Shown in pieces: positions 20,218 to 29,251 of a DNA stretch of 64,000 nucleotides; positions within the stretch are counted from its first letter, which is position 1, and each line of letters starts with the position of its first letter. This DNA comes from Escherichia phage vB_Eco_mar004NP2. The notes beneath the pieces were generated by a model. The model saw only the letters and a program-made list of their open reading frames with translations, was not told the origin of the DNA and did no database searches. Location of the stretch: sequence record NC_048205.1, one strand, 5' to 3'. The translations under genes and the position numbers were made by a program.

Positions 20218-20433
20218 ATGTTCTCTAAGAAACCACGTTCCGTTACTGAAATCGTTGCTTCCTTTACCACTATCACTGATGAGCTTCAAGCTCGTATTGA
20301 GGCTGATCAAAAAATTGCGGCGGATATTCAGAAACAGCAGGAAGAACTCGCTTTAAAGTTGGCTGAAACCAACAAGAGTGAAAAATCTGCCCAAACTATT
20401 ATGGAAAATATCCTTAAACTGCTGGGCAAGTGA
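20218..20433 (+). CDS. hypothetical protein
   Basis: ORF with AAGGA RBS. Confidence 0.55.
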   Translation: MFSKKPRSVTEIVASFTTITDELQARIEADQKIAADIQKQQEELALKLAETNKSEKSAQTIMENILKLLGK

Positions 20434-20474
20434 TTTAAATCAGGGGGCGAAAGCCACTCTTATTTGGAGAAACT

Positions 20475-20711
20475 ATGCGTAATTTTGTAGCAAAGAATGA
20501 TTTTAACCGTGCTAGCACTCATAAGTCCGCTAGAGATTATACACGACTTTCTAGTCATGAGGTAATGGACACCTGTTATGAAGAGCTGGAAGGTAGCTGG
20601 AATGAATGGCCCGACTTCTCTATGGAAGAGAACTGGGATGTCAGTGAGGATATGCTTCCTGGCTTTAAAGACCCCAAGAAGTGGGGGTCTATTAAAGAGA
20701 CAGCTCTTTAA
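20475..20711 (+). CDS. hypothetical protein
   Basis: ORF with GGAGA RBS. Confidence 0.55.
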   Translation: MRNFVAKNDFNRASTHKSARDYTRLSSHEVMDTCYEELEGSWNEWPDFSMEENWDVSEDMLPGFKDPKKWGSIKETAL

Positions 20712-20739
20712 TAGTTTTCTACACAGTAAAGGATAAGTT

Positions 20740-21441
20740 ATGAAAGTAAAACCATTTGGTATGCTAGATATTGAATCTCTAGGAACTCCAGGAGATTGTG
20801 GTACTACTCATATCGTAATGCCTTCTTTCGCTTTTGTGGCTATGCATGGGGTTGATAAAGACCCTGATCTAGTATTTGTTACTTTGGATGTGCAGGATCA
20901 GCTTAATTCTGGTGCCAAAGTTACAGCATCTACTCTAGCATTCTGGATGGATCAAGCTAAAAATAGCCCCTCTGCTATCCACATTATGGAAGCTATGAAG
21001 GAACGTAATCCAAAACTGATTGCCTTCCAAAATGGTAAACATCATTGCACTAATAAATTAGGCTCAAACTATGCTGCCTTCTCTATGGCTCAAAATATTA
21101 TGGAGTTGGCTCTAGGCGAAAATGCTTTGTATTATGGCAATGGCCCAGAGTTTGATATGACTATCTACTCTGCAAACACGTTCCATGCTGGAACCAATGA
21201 AGAGGTAGTTCCATGGAAATTCTGGAATTTGGGTAATGTTCGATCTCTTCGTAATCTCTGGATGCAAGCTGGATACAGTTATAAGGCTCTAGAGACCGAA
21301 GGTATTAGCTGGGCAATAGCTAAAATGGAGAAGATGGACACCATTCGTTATGGGATCTATCCGGTTAAGCACGACCCAGCATTCGATGCCCTAGTTGAGA
21401 GTTATTGTGTTGCAGCTATGATCGAAAAAATGAAAATTTGA
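20740..21441 (+). CDS. DnaQ-like 3'-5' exonuclease (DEDDh)
   Basis: Exo motif I FGMLDIESLG and motif III H-x4-D (YPVKHDPAFDALV). Confidence 0.6.
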   Translation: MKVKPFGMLDIESLGTPGDCGTTHIVMPSFAFVAMHGVDKDPDLVFVTLDVQDQLNSGAKVTASTLAFWMDQAKNSPSAIHIMEAMKERNPKLIAFQNGKHHCTNKLGSNYAAFSMAQNIMELALGENALYYGNGPEFDMTIYSANTFHAGTNEEVVPWKFWNLGNVRSLRNLWMQAGYSYKALETEGISWAIAKMEKMDTIRYGIYPVKHDPAFDALVESYCVAAMIEKMKI

Positions 21442-21442
21442 T

Positions 21443-21471
21443 TTGCTTCCGGCTCCAAAATTCTGTATAAT
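21443..21471 (+). promoter_or_regulatory. T5-type early promoter
   Basis: -35 TTGCTT / 17 bp / -10 TATAAT. Confidence 0.6.
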
Positions 21472-21511
21472 ATATTCATAAATTTGAGAAAACAATAAAA
21501 GGAAAACAAAT

Positions 21512-21694
21512 ATGCCAGTATCTAAAAATGTTCGTAAAAATGGTAAGAAAGCTACTCGTAATCTGGGTATCCGTCGTATGGCTGAACGTCAATCAGGTAT
21601 CCAGAAAATCTTTGATCTGCTAAATCGTGCTAATATTAAAATTGATAACAGTAATGATACTGTTCTGCGCACTCTGCTGGCAATTGGTCTGTAA
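21512..21694 (+). CDS. hypothetical protein
   Basis: ORF with AAGGAAA RBS and promoter. Confidence 0.55.
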   Translation: MPVSKNVRKNGKKATRNLGIRRMAERQSGIQKIFDLLNRANIKIDNSNDTVLRTLLAIGL

Positions 21695-21747
21695 TAGACC
21701 AAATTTAAACAAATTCAAATCTCAAACTTCATATAAGGAAGCAAATA

Positions 21748-22386
21748 ATGACTACTCGTATCTCTAAAACTCGCGCTCTAGCAACTATCAAATCTCTGGA
21801 AGCTAAAATCCGTAAAGCTACTGAACAACAGCTTCTGATCGCTGTTGGTGAAGGTAAGGATAAAAATAAGGTTGTAGTTGGCGCTGCAATCGAAGTAGAT
21901 GATTTATCTGAGCGTATTAAGACAGATTTCCAGTCTCTGCTGGATATGATGTCTCAGCGTGATCGTATCAAAGCTGCTCTGATTAAGAGCAATGCGGAAA
22001 CAGTAGTTGAGATTGGCTCTCGTAAGATGACTGTTGCGGAAGCAATTGAAGCTAAGCGTTCTATGGAGCTTAAAGCTCAACTGCTGGCTAACATGCGTAA
22101 GCAGTTCCATGCCGCTACGGTTAAATTTAATACGCAGAAAGCACAGTTTGATGCTAAATATGAGCGTTTGCAGGATAGCATGGCTACCCGCGATAAGAAA
22201 ACTTCCGAAGATGAAGTTAAAATGCAGCTCAACCTGCTGGAACTCAAGAATACTCCATTCTTGATTGATCCGCTGGAACTGGAGAAGCTGATTAAGCAGC
22301 ATGACGAGGAATACCAGGACTTTGCAACAAATGTTGACTTTGTTCTGTCCGAGTCTAACGCCTCTACCTTCATTGAAGTAGAGTAA
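21748..22386 (+). CDS. hypothetical coiled-coil protein
   Basis: 212 aa, RBS AAGGAAG. Confidence 0.6.
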   Translation: MTTRISKTRALATIKSLEAKIRKATEQQLLIAVGEGKDKNKVVVGAAIEVDDLSERIKTDFQSLLDMMSQRDRIKAALIKSNAETVVEIGSRKMTVAEAIEAKRSMELKAQLLANMRKQFHAATVKFNTQKAQFDAKYERLQDSMATRDKKTSEDEVKMQLNLLELKNTPFLIDPLELEKLIKQHDEEYQDFATNVDFVLSESNASTFIEVE

Positions 22387-22769
22387 TAATTTAAAAGCTA
22401 GTAAATCGGTAGACGAAAGCCCAAGCATCTTACCTCGCAGCAGCGGTTGAAATACGAGGTTAAATAAGACCGCTGACCATACTATAAAGTATAATCTATT
22501 GGAGATTATGTTTATTACACCAGCCTTTTAAGCTGACACGTAAGAACAAAGCGTCGTTGATATTACCGACACAACTTCAAAGATCAACATTTAAGTATGA
22601 AAGCTGAAAAGTTTAAAGAACTCAAACTTCTAAACTTCTAAAGCTAAAAGATGCAAAGTATTCGTTGATGATTCAAACCCTAGATCAAAGGTACATGGCT
22701 CATAAGATATGGCCTGTGGCGCCTCTAGGCTGTTTATCGGTTTACTAGTTTCACAATTTAAAAATGTAT

Positions 22770-22798
22770 TTGCTAATCCACTAAATTATATGTATAAT
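22770..22798 (+). promoter_or_regulatory. T5-type early promoter
   Basis: -35 TTGCTA / 17 bp / -10 TATAAT. Confidence 0.6.
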
Positions 22799-22828
22799 AT
22801 ATTTTTAAATTGATGAAACGAGGCTATT

Positions 22829-23146
22829 ATGACTTTTCATATTTTGATTGATGATGTGCGTAATCTTCATGGAATGGACATTATCATTCGAACCCCAGAA
22901 GCCGCTGTAGAGTTTCTGAATAAAACTGATACCACAGGCCATTTCGTTTATATGGATAATGACTTGGCTGTAGATGGTATGGAAGGTTATCAAATTCTTC
23001 GTTTACTCTTAGAATTTGGGCAGAGACCAAAGAAAGTGGTACTAGTAACCTCGAACCCAGTAGCTAAGCAAAATATGCGTAATGATTTGCTTGACTTAGG
23101 GTATAAAGAAAATTCCAATCGTGTTGAATATGATTGGCAGGAGTAA
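22829..23146 (+). CDS. CheY-like receiver (REC) domain protein (putative)
   Basis: ILIDDV...YMDNDL...VDGMEGYQILRLL...VVLVTSNP aligns by eye with receiver-domain fold. Confidence 0.45.
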   Translation: MTFHILIDDVRNLHGMDIIIRTPEAAVEFLNKTDTTGHFVYMDNDLAVDGMEGYQILRLLLEFGQRPKKVVLVTSNPVAKQNMRNDLLDLGYKENSNRVEYDWQE

Positions 23147-23151
23147 AAAGA

Positions 23152-23601
23152 ATGAAGGCAGCTTTGCTTTTAGTAGCTGCCCTTACCTTCAGCTTTAGTA
23201 GTCAGGCATCGCACGATGCAAAAGAAATAGATTGCATTGCTAAAAATATCTATTTCGAAAGTCGTGGTGAGGGCATAAAGGGAATGACGGCGATTGCACA
23301 TGTTACTAAAAACCGTGTAAACTCCGGTAAATTCCCAGATTCCTACTGTAAAGTAGTATATCAGTCTAACCAGTTCTCTTGGGTATCTAAGAGACCAAAA
23401 GTTGATAAAACTGATGAGGCTTGGCAAACCGCCAAGAATTTAGCTAGAGTGATATACTACGTTGATTTACCACAAGATCCTACACATGGAGCACTATACT
23501 TCCATAGTGGTAAAGATAAACCTTACTGGACAAAGAAGTTTAAGAAAACAACTAAGATTAAGGGACATACGTTTTATAAACCTGTTGTCACTAAAACTTA
23601 A
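23152..23601 (+). CDS. secreted cell-wall hydrolase, SleB-like
   Basis: Signal peptide then NIYFESRGEG...AHVTKNRV..GKFPDSYCKVVYQSNQFSW pattern; start at ATG 23152 with AGGAG. Confidence 0.65.
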   Translation: MKAALLLVAALTFSFSSQASHDAKEIDCIAKNIYFESRGEGIKGMTAIAHVTKNRVNSGKFPDSYCKVVYQSNQFSWVSKRPKVDKTDEAWQTAKNLARVIYYVDLPQDPTHGALYFHSGKDKPYWTKKFKKTTKIKGHTFYKPVVTKT

Positions 23602-23609
23602 AAATTTAC

Positions 23610-23638
23610 TTGCTTAAATACTTAAATTTCCGTATAAT
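23610..23638 (+). promoter_or_regulatory. T5-type early promoter
   Basis: -35 TTGCTT / 17 bp / -10 TATAAT. Confidence 0.6.
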
Positions 23639-23669
23639 ACTTCCATAAATTAATGAGAGGAAGCGAAAT

Positions 23670-23840
23670 ATGAAATCAGTTGTAATTATTGGTGTTAACA
23701 CTCGCGGTATTCGTACTACGAAAACTGTTAAAACTTCTAACGTTGCTGAGATCACTACGAACCCTAAAAAGTTTGATTTCGCCAAAGTCTCAGCAGTTAT
23801 GACAGAACGATCTTTTAACCAAGCGTTAGGAATGAAATAA
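23670..23840 (+). CDS. small hypothetical protein (56 aa)
   Basis: Unlisted short ORF with GAGAGGAAG RBS directly after promoter; stop overlaps next ATG. Confidence 0.45.
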   Translation: MKSVVIIGVNTRGIRTTKTVKTSNVAEITTNPKKFDFAKVSAVMTERSFNQALGMK

Positions 23841-24283
23841 TGGAAGAGAATATTTTAGATGTTTTGCGTAGAGCTTTGCAGGATTCTAAGTTTAATGGTT
23901 CTGATAAAGAAGTCGCTAAAAGCTATCAGACCATAATCGGGGATCTTCAGCGTATTAATAAAGATTTCATCACTTCTGAACAATTTGTGTCTTATCTCAA
24001 AGCTCAACTAAAAAGCATTAACCAGATGAAAGCTAAACTTCATGGTCAAGATCTTGATAGTTATAGCTTGCAGTCCGCTCAGTATGAATACATTCTAAAT
24101 AAGTGGTTGCAGGAGTATCTGCCTCCTCAGTTATCTGATACTGAGATTCGTAAATACTTTGCAGAATTAGTTAAGCTAAACCCTGGAATTACAAAAGGTA
24201 TGCTAATGAAAGCGATTAAGGAAGAATTTCCTGGGCGTTATGATGGTGGTACTGCTGCTCAGATTGCTGGCGAATTTAATTAA
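23840..24283 (+). CDS. GatB/YqeY-domain protein (putative)
   Basis: C-terminal G..KGMLMKAIKEEFPGRYDGGTAAQIA resembles YqeY motif. Confidence 0.5.
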   Translation: MEENILDVLRRALQDSKFNGSDKEVAKSYQTIIGDLQRINKDFITSEQFVSYLKAQLKSINQMKAKLHGQDLDSYSLQSAQYEYILNKWLQEYLPPQLSDTEIRKYFAELVKLNPGITKGMLMKAIKEEFPGRYDGGTAAQIAGEFN

Positions 24284-24291
24284 AAATTTAT

Positions 24292-24320
24292 TTGCTAAAT
24301 GCTTATAAATTCTGTATAAT
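24292..24320 (+). promoter_or_regulatory. T5-type early promoter driving about 900 nt without an ORF
   Basis: -35 TTGCTA / 17 bp / -10 TATAAT. Confidence 0.6.
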
Positions 24321-24558
24321 ATATTCATAAATTAGAGAACAGCGAGCCGATTACGCTGAACTTGTCTTAATGTAAGATGCGTCAAGCACTAAGATTCGTT
24401 GAATAGAGTCGGTGGGTTAGTTGTAAAACTAGTACACAGGGGGCGGCAATCCCGGTTAGTGGCTAGAACGTGTAAAATGAGGCGTCTGAAACCTCTCCCC
24501 TAAACTCTTCTCTAATTTATAAATAGTGGGGTGTGGAAATCACTTATGTAGTAACACT

Positions 24559-24630
24559 GCCGTCCTAGTATAATTGGTATTATCAAGCCGTAACTGGTGG
24601 AAGATGTAGGTTCGAATCCTACGGTCGGTA
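24559..24630 (+). pseudogene. tRNA-like element lacking a foldable anticodon arm (possible tRNA pseudogene)
   Basis: Acceptor-like pairing GCCGTCC/GGTCGGT and perfect T-arm GTAGG-TTCGAAT-CCTAC but no anticodon stem; no CCA. Confidence 0.3.
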
Positions 24631-25132
24631 AGAACTGGATAACTGATGCTTTTAACGTAAAAGCTTCCGAGGTTAGTTGCGCACTGCCTAAACCACGCGG
24701 TAGTTGGTTCCAGACTAACCAACCAGTCTGCTGAATAGTTTTATTACGATTTAACTATGCCCAGGCTAAAGAAGAACTTTAGAAGGTATTCTAGGGTAGT
24801 GAAGTTCTTTCTCCATATCGGAGTAGTTTTTCAAGCTATCCACAAAGTGGGAAATGCTGACATGAGAGATGTCACTAATGGTGCACAATAGCACAGGTAA
24901 TTCGCGATAACTCCTGTTGAGTAGCAGCAAAAGGTGGGAAGTCATGACCCCAAGCCTAACCGAGTCCTCAATATACCGCAGGACATAACCACTAAGTCAC
25001 CCTGACTTAAACTGGAAAATAATAGACGTTACCGTATTTTGTCTTGAAATACTTAATGAGTGAGACTTATGACTCTCCCGGTATCGTCTGTATTTTTAAG
25101 AGTTTTTACGAGAGTTCTTAAAAATACTTAAA

Positions 25133-25207
25133 CGGGGTGTAGTCTAAGGGATAGGCAGGAGTCTTCTAAATTCCTTTATGCAGGTTCGAATCCTGTCACC
25201 TCGGCCA
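25133..25207 (+). tRNA. tRNA-Arg (anticodon TCT)
   Basis: Hand-folded: acceptor CGGGGTG/CACCTCG, AC loop CTTCTAA, T-loop TTCGAAT, encoded CCA. Confidence 0.7.
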
Positions 25208-25241
25208 ATTTTATTAACTGTAACTAAAACAAAGGAAATAT

Positions 25242-26189
25242 ATGTTTAATACTAAAAATATGAAAGAACTAACTTCTGAGCAGAAAGTAATTCGTACTAT
25301 TAAACGTTGGGGGATTGGTGCTGTAGTTGGTTTAGCAGGTTTAATCCTAGCTTTTAATTCATATACTATTGTTTCTGATGGTACGGTTAAAACCCAAACA
25401 TTTCTTGGTAAAGTAGATCCTAACCCAGTATTACCTGGTTTCCATCCTGTAAACCCATTTGCATCTTTCGATACTTTTAGTACAAAAGATATTGCTGTAA
25501 AATTAGATAAACTTCAGGTTCCTAGCCAGGATAAGTTTAAATCCACTGTTGACCTGACTGTTATGTTGCAGTTTGATGGTTCTAAGGCACCGATTAACCG
25601 TATTAATGCAGGTACTCAGGATCAAGCATTAGACAAATATGTAACTGAAAAATTACTGTCTACTATTCGTGAGTTTGGTAAGTCTGTACCTAAAGCACAA
25701 GATTTATTTGATGCTAAAATTCAGGCTCAATTGCAAACTGCAATTCAACAGGAAGTTGAAGAGTATGCACGCCCATATGGCTACACAGTTAAGCAGGTGT
25801 TTCTTCAGGATATTACTTTGCCACCAGTAATCATGGAACAGGTACAGAATACCAAAGTTCGTGAAGAGCAAGTTAATGCTGCAAAAGCTGAACTGGCTCG
25901 CGTTGAACAAGAAGCTCAGCAGAAAGTTAAACAAGCAGAAGCAGACCGTGAAGCTCGTAATAACCAAGCTATTGCTAACGAACGCGACGCAGATGCTAAA
26001 CTGTACGCAGCTAAGAAAGAAGCTGAAGCTAACGCCGCGCTGCAACGTACCATTACTCCTGAGATGATTCGCTGGAAGCAACTAGAAGTTGAAATGATTC
26101 GTGCTCAGAAGTATCAAGGTGGTGTACCGCAGACTGTGGTTGGCACTGGTTACGATGGCCAGATGATTATGGATATGCGTAATAAGTAA
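25242..26189 (+). CDS. SPFH/band-7 (HflC/prohibitin-like) membrane protein
   Basis: N-terminal TM helix plus coiled-coil Ala/Glu/Lys-rich C-terminus; AAGGAAA RBS. Confidence 0.55.
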   Translation: MFNTKNMKELTSEQKVIRTIKRWGIGAVVGLAGLILAFNSYTIVSDGTVKTQTFLGKVDPNPVLPGFHPVNPFASFDTFSTKDIAVKLDKLQVPSQDKFKSTVDLTVMLQFDGSKAPINRINAGTQDQALDKYVTEKLLSTIREFGKSVPKAQDLFDAKIQAQLQTAIQQEVEEYARPYGYTVKQVFLQDITLPPVIMEQVQNTKVREEQVNAAKAELARVEQEAQQKVKQAEADREARNNQAIANERDADAKLYAAKKEAEANAALQRTITPEMIRWKQLEVEMIRAQKYQGGVPQTVVGTGYDGQMIMDMRNK

Positions 26190-26213
26190 TATCCACGCGT
26201 AATATTCGAAGTA

Positions 26214-26248
26214 AGCCCTGTGTTTCCTGGAGAGCGCAGGGCTTTTCT
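26214..26248 (+). terminator. rho-independent terminator after SPFH gene
   Basis: Hairpin GCCCTG...CAGGGC followed by TTTTCTG. Confidence 0.6.
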
Positions 26249-26286
26249 GTATAATGTATTTATACAACTAACTAGGGGATCAAATA

Positions 26287-26805
26287 ATGACTGTTGATGA
26301 ACTAACAGAACATCTCTTATCTAGAGGGTTTGATACAGATAAATATCACTGCTGGCTAAGCCCAGAAGGATGGCTAACAGTCCCATTGTATGACTTCTCT
26401 GGGATGTTGAGAGGCTATCAGACTTATAATCCTTCTGCTCCAAAAGGTCATGGTAAACGCCCCTTTGAAGCTAGATATTTTACTTATTCTACTACACAGT
26501 GTGTATGGGGACTAGAAACTCTCAATGGAGACGAAAAAGTAGTATTGATTGCTGAATCTGTATTTAAGGCAGTTGCGTTACATAACGCTGGTTATCCAGC
26601 CCTGGCAATGTTGGGTTCTTCCCCCGGAAAAGCGTTGTTAAAGCAATTGAAATTACTACCTTTTAAATTGGTAGCTGTTGGGGATAATGATCCTGCTGGT
26701 GAAAAATTTGCTAGACAATTAAATGGATTTGTTTCTCCTGTAGATGTGGATGAGATGTCTACCGAAAACTTGAAAAATTTTCTTGCTATGAAGCTAAATT
26801 TCTAA
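26287..26805 (+). CDS. Toprim-domain protein (putative)
   Basis: VVLIAESVFKA and VAVGDNDPAGEKFA resemble Toprim E and DxD motifs. Confidence 0.45.
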   Translation: MTVDELTEHLLSRGFDTDKYHCWLSPEGWLTVPLYDFSGMLRGYQTYNPSAPKGHGKRPFEARYFTYSTTQCVWGLETLNGDEKVVLIAESVFKAVALHNAGYPALAMLGSSPGKALLKQLKLLPFKLVAVGDNDPAGEKFARQLNGFVSPVDVDEMSTENLKNFLAMKLNF

Positions 26806-26811
26806 TATAAT
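26783..26811 (+). promoter_or_regulatory. T5-type promoter driving tRNA-Ser/tRNA-CAT
   Basis: -35 TTGCTA / 17 bp / -10 TATAAT. Confidence 0.55.
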
Positions 26812-26826
26812 ATATTTATAAATTCG

Positions 26827-26914
26827 GAAGAATAGCATAACGGTATTGCAGCAGATTGCTAATCTGTCGGTTTGAAATATAGCCTTGTGGGTTCGATTCC
26901 CACTTCTTCCGCCA
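26827..26914 (+). tRNA. tRNA-Ser (anticodon GCT), type II
   Basis: Acceptor GGAAGAA/TTCTTCC, AC loop TTGCTAA, long variable arm, CCA encoded. Confidence 0.7.
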
Positions 26915-26920
26915 AATTCT

Positions 26921-26998
26921 GGTTCTCAAGCTCATATGGTATGAGCACCCGGCTCATAACCGGAAGGTACGTAGGTTCGAATCCTCGGGGAGCCACCA
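26921..26998 (+). tRNA. tRNA with CAT anticodon (Met, fMet or Ile2)
   Basis: AC loop CTCATAA; acceptor with two G-U pairs; T-stem imperfect. Confidence 0.5.
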
Positions 26999-27214
26999 AC
27001 TTAATTAGGGGATTACAAGTGGAATTATACATAGTTTATGTTGTGTTTATTCAAGATAGAGAATACCCTGATGAATATAAAAAAGGATATAGGTTAGCCA
27101 GAGCTACTTCTGAAGCCCAAGCTATGGATAAAGTGGCAGATTATATGCTTACAGTAGAAAACGTACACTACATCGACTACCTTGAAGCCTCAAAAGTAAT
27201 TGACTAAACTACAC

Positions 27215-27291
27215 GGGGGTGTAATCGAATTGGCATAGGTACTGGACTTAAAATTCAGGTTTTGTGGGTTCGAATCCCACCACCCCTACCA
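27215..27291 (+). tRNA. tRNA-Leu-like, anticodon TAA, type-I length
   Basis: AC stem CTGGA/TTCAG, loop CTTAAAA; Leu-type D-arm (3 bp stem, GAATTGGCATA loop); 5-nt variable loop; A73; CCA. Confidence 0.5.
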
Positions 27292-27466
27292 AATTAAGGA
27301 AATAAGATGTATAGACACCCACCTCCGCCAACACGTCGTTCTAGAGAAGTTATCCTCATGGAATTGACTAAAAACTTCAAGGCAACTCTTGAGGATAGAG
27401 ATTTAGGCACGGATGAAGACATTGATTTTATTTGTAGACTATTAAAGATGAAACTGGAGAAACAAC

Positions 27467-27673
27467 ATGGCTAATCCTGAAATTACCATGCAACGATTCA
27501 TGGCTAAAGGCATGATAGCTGAGGCAGGAATTGAACAAGAAGTAAAAAGTTATTACGAACAGATTAAGGGTATTGTAGACTCGGCTAAAAACACCGGAGA
27601 AAAAGAACATGGTGCGGCAATTATGGCTATAACTCTTATTAGTCTAGACTTGGCCGAAGAATCTGGAGTTTAG
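27467..27673 (+). CDS. hypothetical protein
   Basis: ORF with GGAG RBS. Confidence 0.5.
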   Translation: MANPEITMQRFMAKGMIAEAGIEQEVKSYYEQIKGIVDSAKNTGEKEHGAAIMAITLISLDLAEESGV

Positions 27674-27703
27674 CTCCTCCAAACAGAATTTTTAAAAATG
27701 TAC

Positions 27704-27733
27704 TTGCCTTTTGCCTTAAATTTCTGATATAAT
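27704..27733 (+). promoter_or_regulatory. T5-type early promoter
   Basis: -35 TTGCCT / 18 bp / -10 TATAAT. Confidence 0.5.
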
Positions 27734-27763
27734 AATTATATAAATTGATGGAGGAGTTAACGA

Positions 27764-28039
27764 ATGCAAAATCGTGTTGTAGCAACTGGTATTGAAAGTG
27801 CAATCTGTAAATCCTGGGAAGGCTGGGAAGGTGAGATTGAATGGCTTTATTTCTATGATGTAGAACTTCTACCGGAAGTTAAAGCTAAATGTATTGAAGC
27901 TGGCATGGCTCCAGATGCAAAAGCTGATATTGATATTTTAATGTCTGAACTTAAAGGTCGTGTAGTTACCGTTAGTAATGAGGGCGAAGAAGTTTTCGAA
28001 CTTCCGTTTTCCTTAACTGTCACTCCTAAGTTCGACTAA
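27764..28039 (+). CDS. hypothetical protein
   Basis: ORF with GGAGGAG RBS and promoter. Confidence 0.6.
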   Translation: MQNRVVATGIESAICKSWEGWEGEIEWLYFYDVELLPEVKAKCIEAGMAPDAKADIDILMSELKGRVVTVSNEGEEVFELPFSLTVTPKFD

Positions 28040-28075
28040 CTAATACAGCACTGAGCAAGTTCTTTAAAATTTGAC

Positions 28076-28104
28076 TTGCTCAGTGCCTTAAAACTTGATA
28101 TAAT
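28076..28104 (+). promoter_or_regulatory. T5-type promoter driving the tRNA-Tyr/Glu/Trp/Phe block
   Basis: -35 TTGCTC / 17 bp / -10 TATAAT. Confidence 0.55.
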
Positions 28105-28121
28105 AGTTATCTAATTCGGAA

Positions 28122-28170
28122 ACATATTTAAAAGTGTTTAAACTAGTATTTGAATACTTTTAAATATGTT
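28122..28170 (+). other. 15-bp-stem palindrome immediately upstream of and overlapping the tRNA-Tyr 5' end
   Basis: AACATATTTAAAAGT ... ACTTTTAAATATGTT perfect inverted repeat. Confidence 0.6.
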
Positions 28171-28258
28171 GGATTAGTATCGTAGAGGTAGCGAAGCAGA
28201 CTGTAAATCTGCCGACTCGGAAGGGTCTCGGGTGGTTCGACTCCATCATCCAACACCA
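28168..28258 (+). tRNA. tRNA-Tyr (anticodon GTA), type II
   Basis: Acceptor GTTGGAT/ATCCAAC, AC loop CTGTAAA, long variable arm, CCA. Confidence 0.7.
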
Positions 28259-28265
28259 AATTTAA

Positions 28266-28342
28266 GTCCTGTTAGACAAACTGGTAAAGTCACTACCCTT
28301 TCAAGGTAGGGTTTGCGGGTTCGATCCCCGCACAGGACCCCA
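28266..28342 (+). tRNA. tRNA-Glu (anticodon TTC)
   Basis: Acceptor GTCCTGT/ACAGGAC, AC stem CTACC/GGTAG loop CTTTCAA, T-loop TTCGATC. Confidence 0.7.
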
Positions 28343-28351
28343 ATTAATAAT

Positions 28352-28422
28352 TGGGGTACGCATAGGTTGCAAATGGGCCTCCAAAACCCATGAAAAGGTT
28401 TCGAATACCTTTACCCCTGCCA
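28352..28422 (+). tRNA. tRNA-Trp (anticodon CCA), short D-arm
   Basis: AC loop CTCCAAA, perfect T-arm AAGGT/ACCTT, 3' end CCCCTGCCA; U1-U72 mismatch and short D region. Confidence 0.5.
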
Positions 28423-28428
28423 AAATTT

Positions 28429-28503
28429 GCACCTTTAGCTGAGATGGATTAGCGCTTGCCTGAAGAGCTTGAGAGGTTCGTTCGATACGAACAGGGTGCA
28501 CCA
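28429..28503 (+). tRNA. tRNA-Phe (anticodon GAA), tentative
   Basis: Acceptor GCACCTT/AGGGTGC, D-arm GCTG/TAGC, AC loop CTGAAGA with weak stem, T-arm GTTCG/CGAAC. Confidence 0.5.
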
Positions 28504-28520
28504 AATTGAAGGAGATGCTG

Positions 28521-28790
28521 ATGCATCCTGAAAACTTCTTTATTTACTGCGCGGATAAGTCGCTGAAACGTAGAATTAACAAAGTCTATCATTATCGTGT
28601 TAGTCAACAGCCTTATGTATACGCTTTTGACGGTGATCACATTTCATTAGAACAATTATCTTGTGATTACATGATATTGAAGAACTTTGACGAGACGAAG
28701 ATCTCAAGCGTTCACAATCGACAGAATCCATTAACGTGGAAATATAAGAAAAAGAAAGGCATCAAATTCTTAAAAAATGTAGTTGCTTAG
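28521..28790 (+). CDS. hypothetical protein
   Basis: ATG 6 nt after AAGGAG; begins right after tRNA-Phe. Confidence 0.5.
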   Translation: MHPENFFIYCADKSLKRRINKVYHYRVSQQPYVYAFDGDHISLEQLSCDYMILKNFDETKISSVHNRQNPLTWKYKKKKGIKFLKNVVA

Positions 28791-28811
28791 TTTCCAAAAG
28801 TTCTGTATAAT
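28783..28811 (+). promoter_or_regulatory. T5-type early promoter
   Basis: -35 TTGCTT / 17 bp / -10 TATAAT. Confidence 0.6.
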
Positions 28812-28840
28812 AAATACATAAATTGAACTGGAGAAGCAAC

Positions 28841-29059
28841 ATGACAGAACAAGAATTGAATGAACGTAAGCTAGTAATGCTTCGCTTACTAAATATTTTC
28901 TCTGGTATGGACGGTGGTGGTGATTTCTTAAGACTTAAGGTATTTACAGAAACTGCCGAAGGTGATGCAATCTCTAGAGTTATTAGGAACATGGGAAGCC
29001 TGCTAGATGTGGCTGGAGTAGCTACTCAATACACCTTAGATAATCCTACTGGAGAATAA
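28841..29059 (+). CDS. hypothetical protein
   Basis: ATG at 28841 with GGAGAAG RBS and promoter. Confidence 0.55.
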   Translation: MTEQELNERKLVMLRLLNIFSGMDGGGDFLRLKVFTETAEGDAISRVIRNMGSLLDVAGVATQYTLDNPTGE

Positions 29060-29251
29060 ATGAGAAGATTAGTTAGATTTAAGTGTTGTAGTTCTGAACA
29101 TATTTTCACACATCTTCGTGAATTTAAAATGTGTGATTGTGGTAAATCAGGCTATGACTCTGGAAATGGGTTCTACACCCGTACTCTAGGGAACTTCAAT
29201 GATTTAGAATTTGAAGATCTCGAAAAACAAGATAAACCGACCGTTGGCTGA
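29060..29251 (+). CDS. hypothetical Cys-rich protein
   Basis: CC...CDC motif; 3' end overlaps tRNA-Cys. Confidence 0.45.
   Translation: MRRLVRFKCCSSEHIFTHLREFKMCDCGKSGYDSGNGFYTRTLGNFNDLEFEDLEKQDKPTVG

Noticed and set aside
21904-22428. 174-aa minus-strand ORF and overlapping frames 22034-22264 and 22077-22373
   Set aside because: Antisense to the plus-strand 212-aa gene, which has the RBS and promoter; low-complexity translation
26872-27207. 111-aa plus-strand ORF
   Set aside because: Its 5' half overlaps tRNA-Ser and the CAT-anticodon tRNA; only a short downstream portion (GTG at 27019) could be coding, with low support
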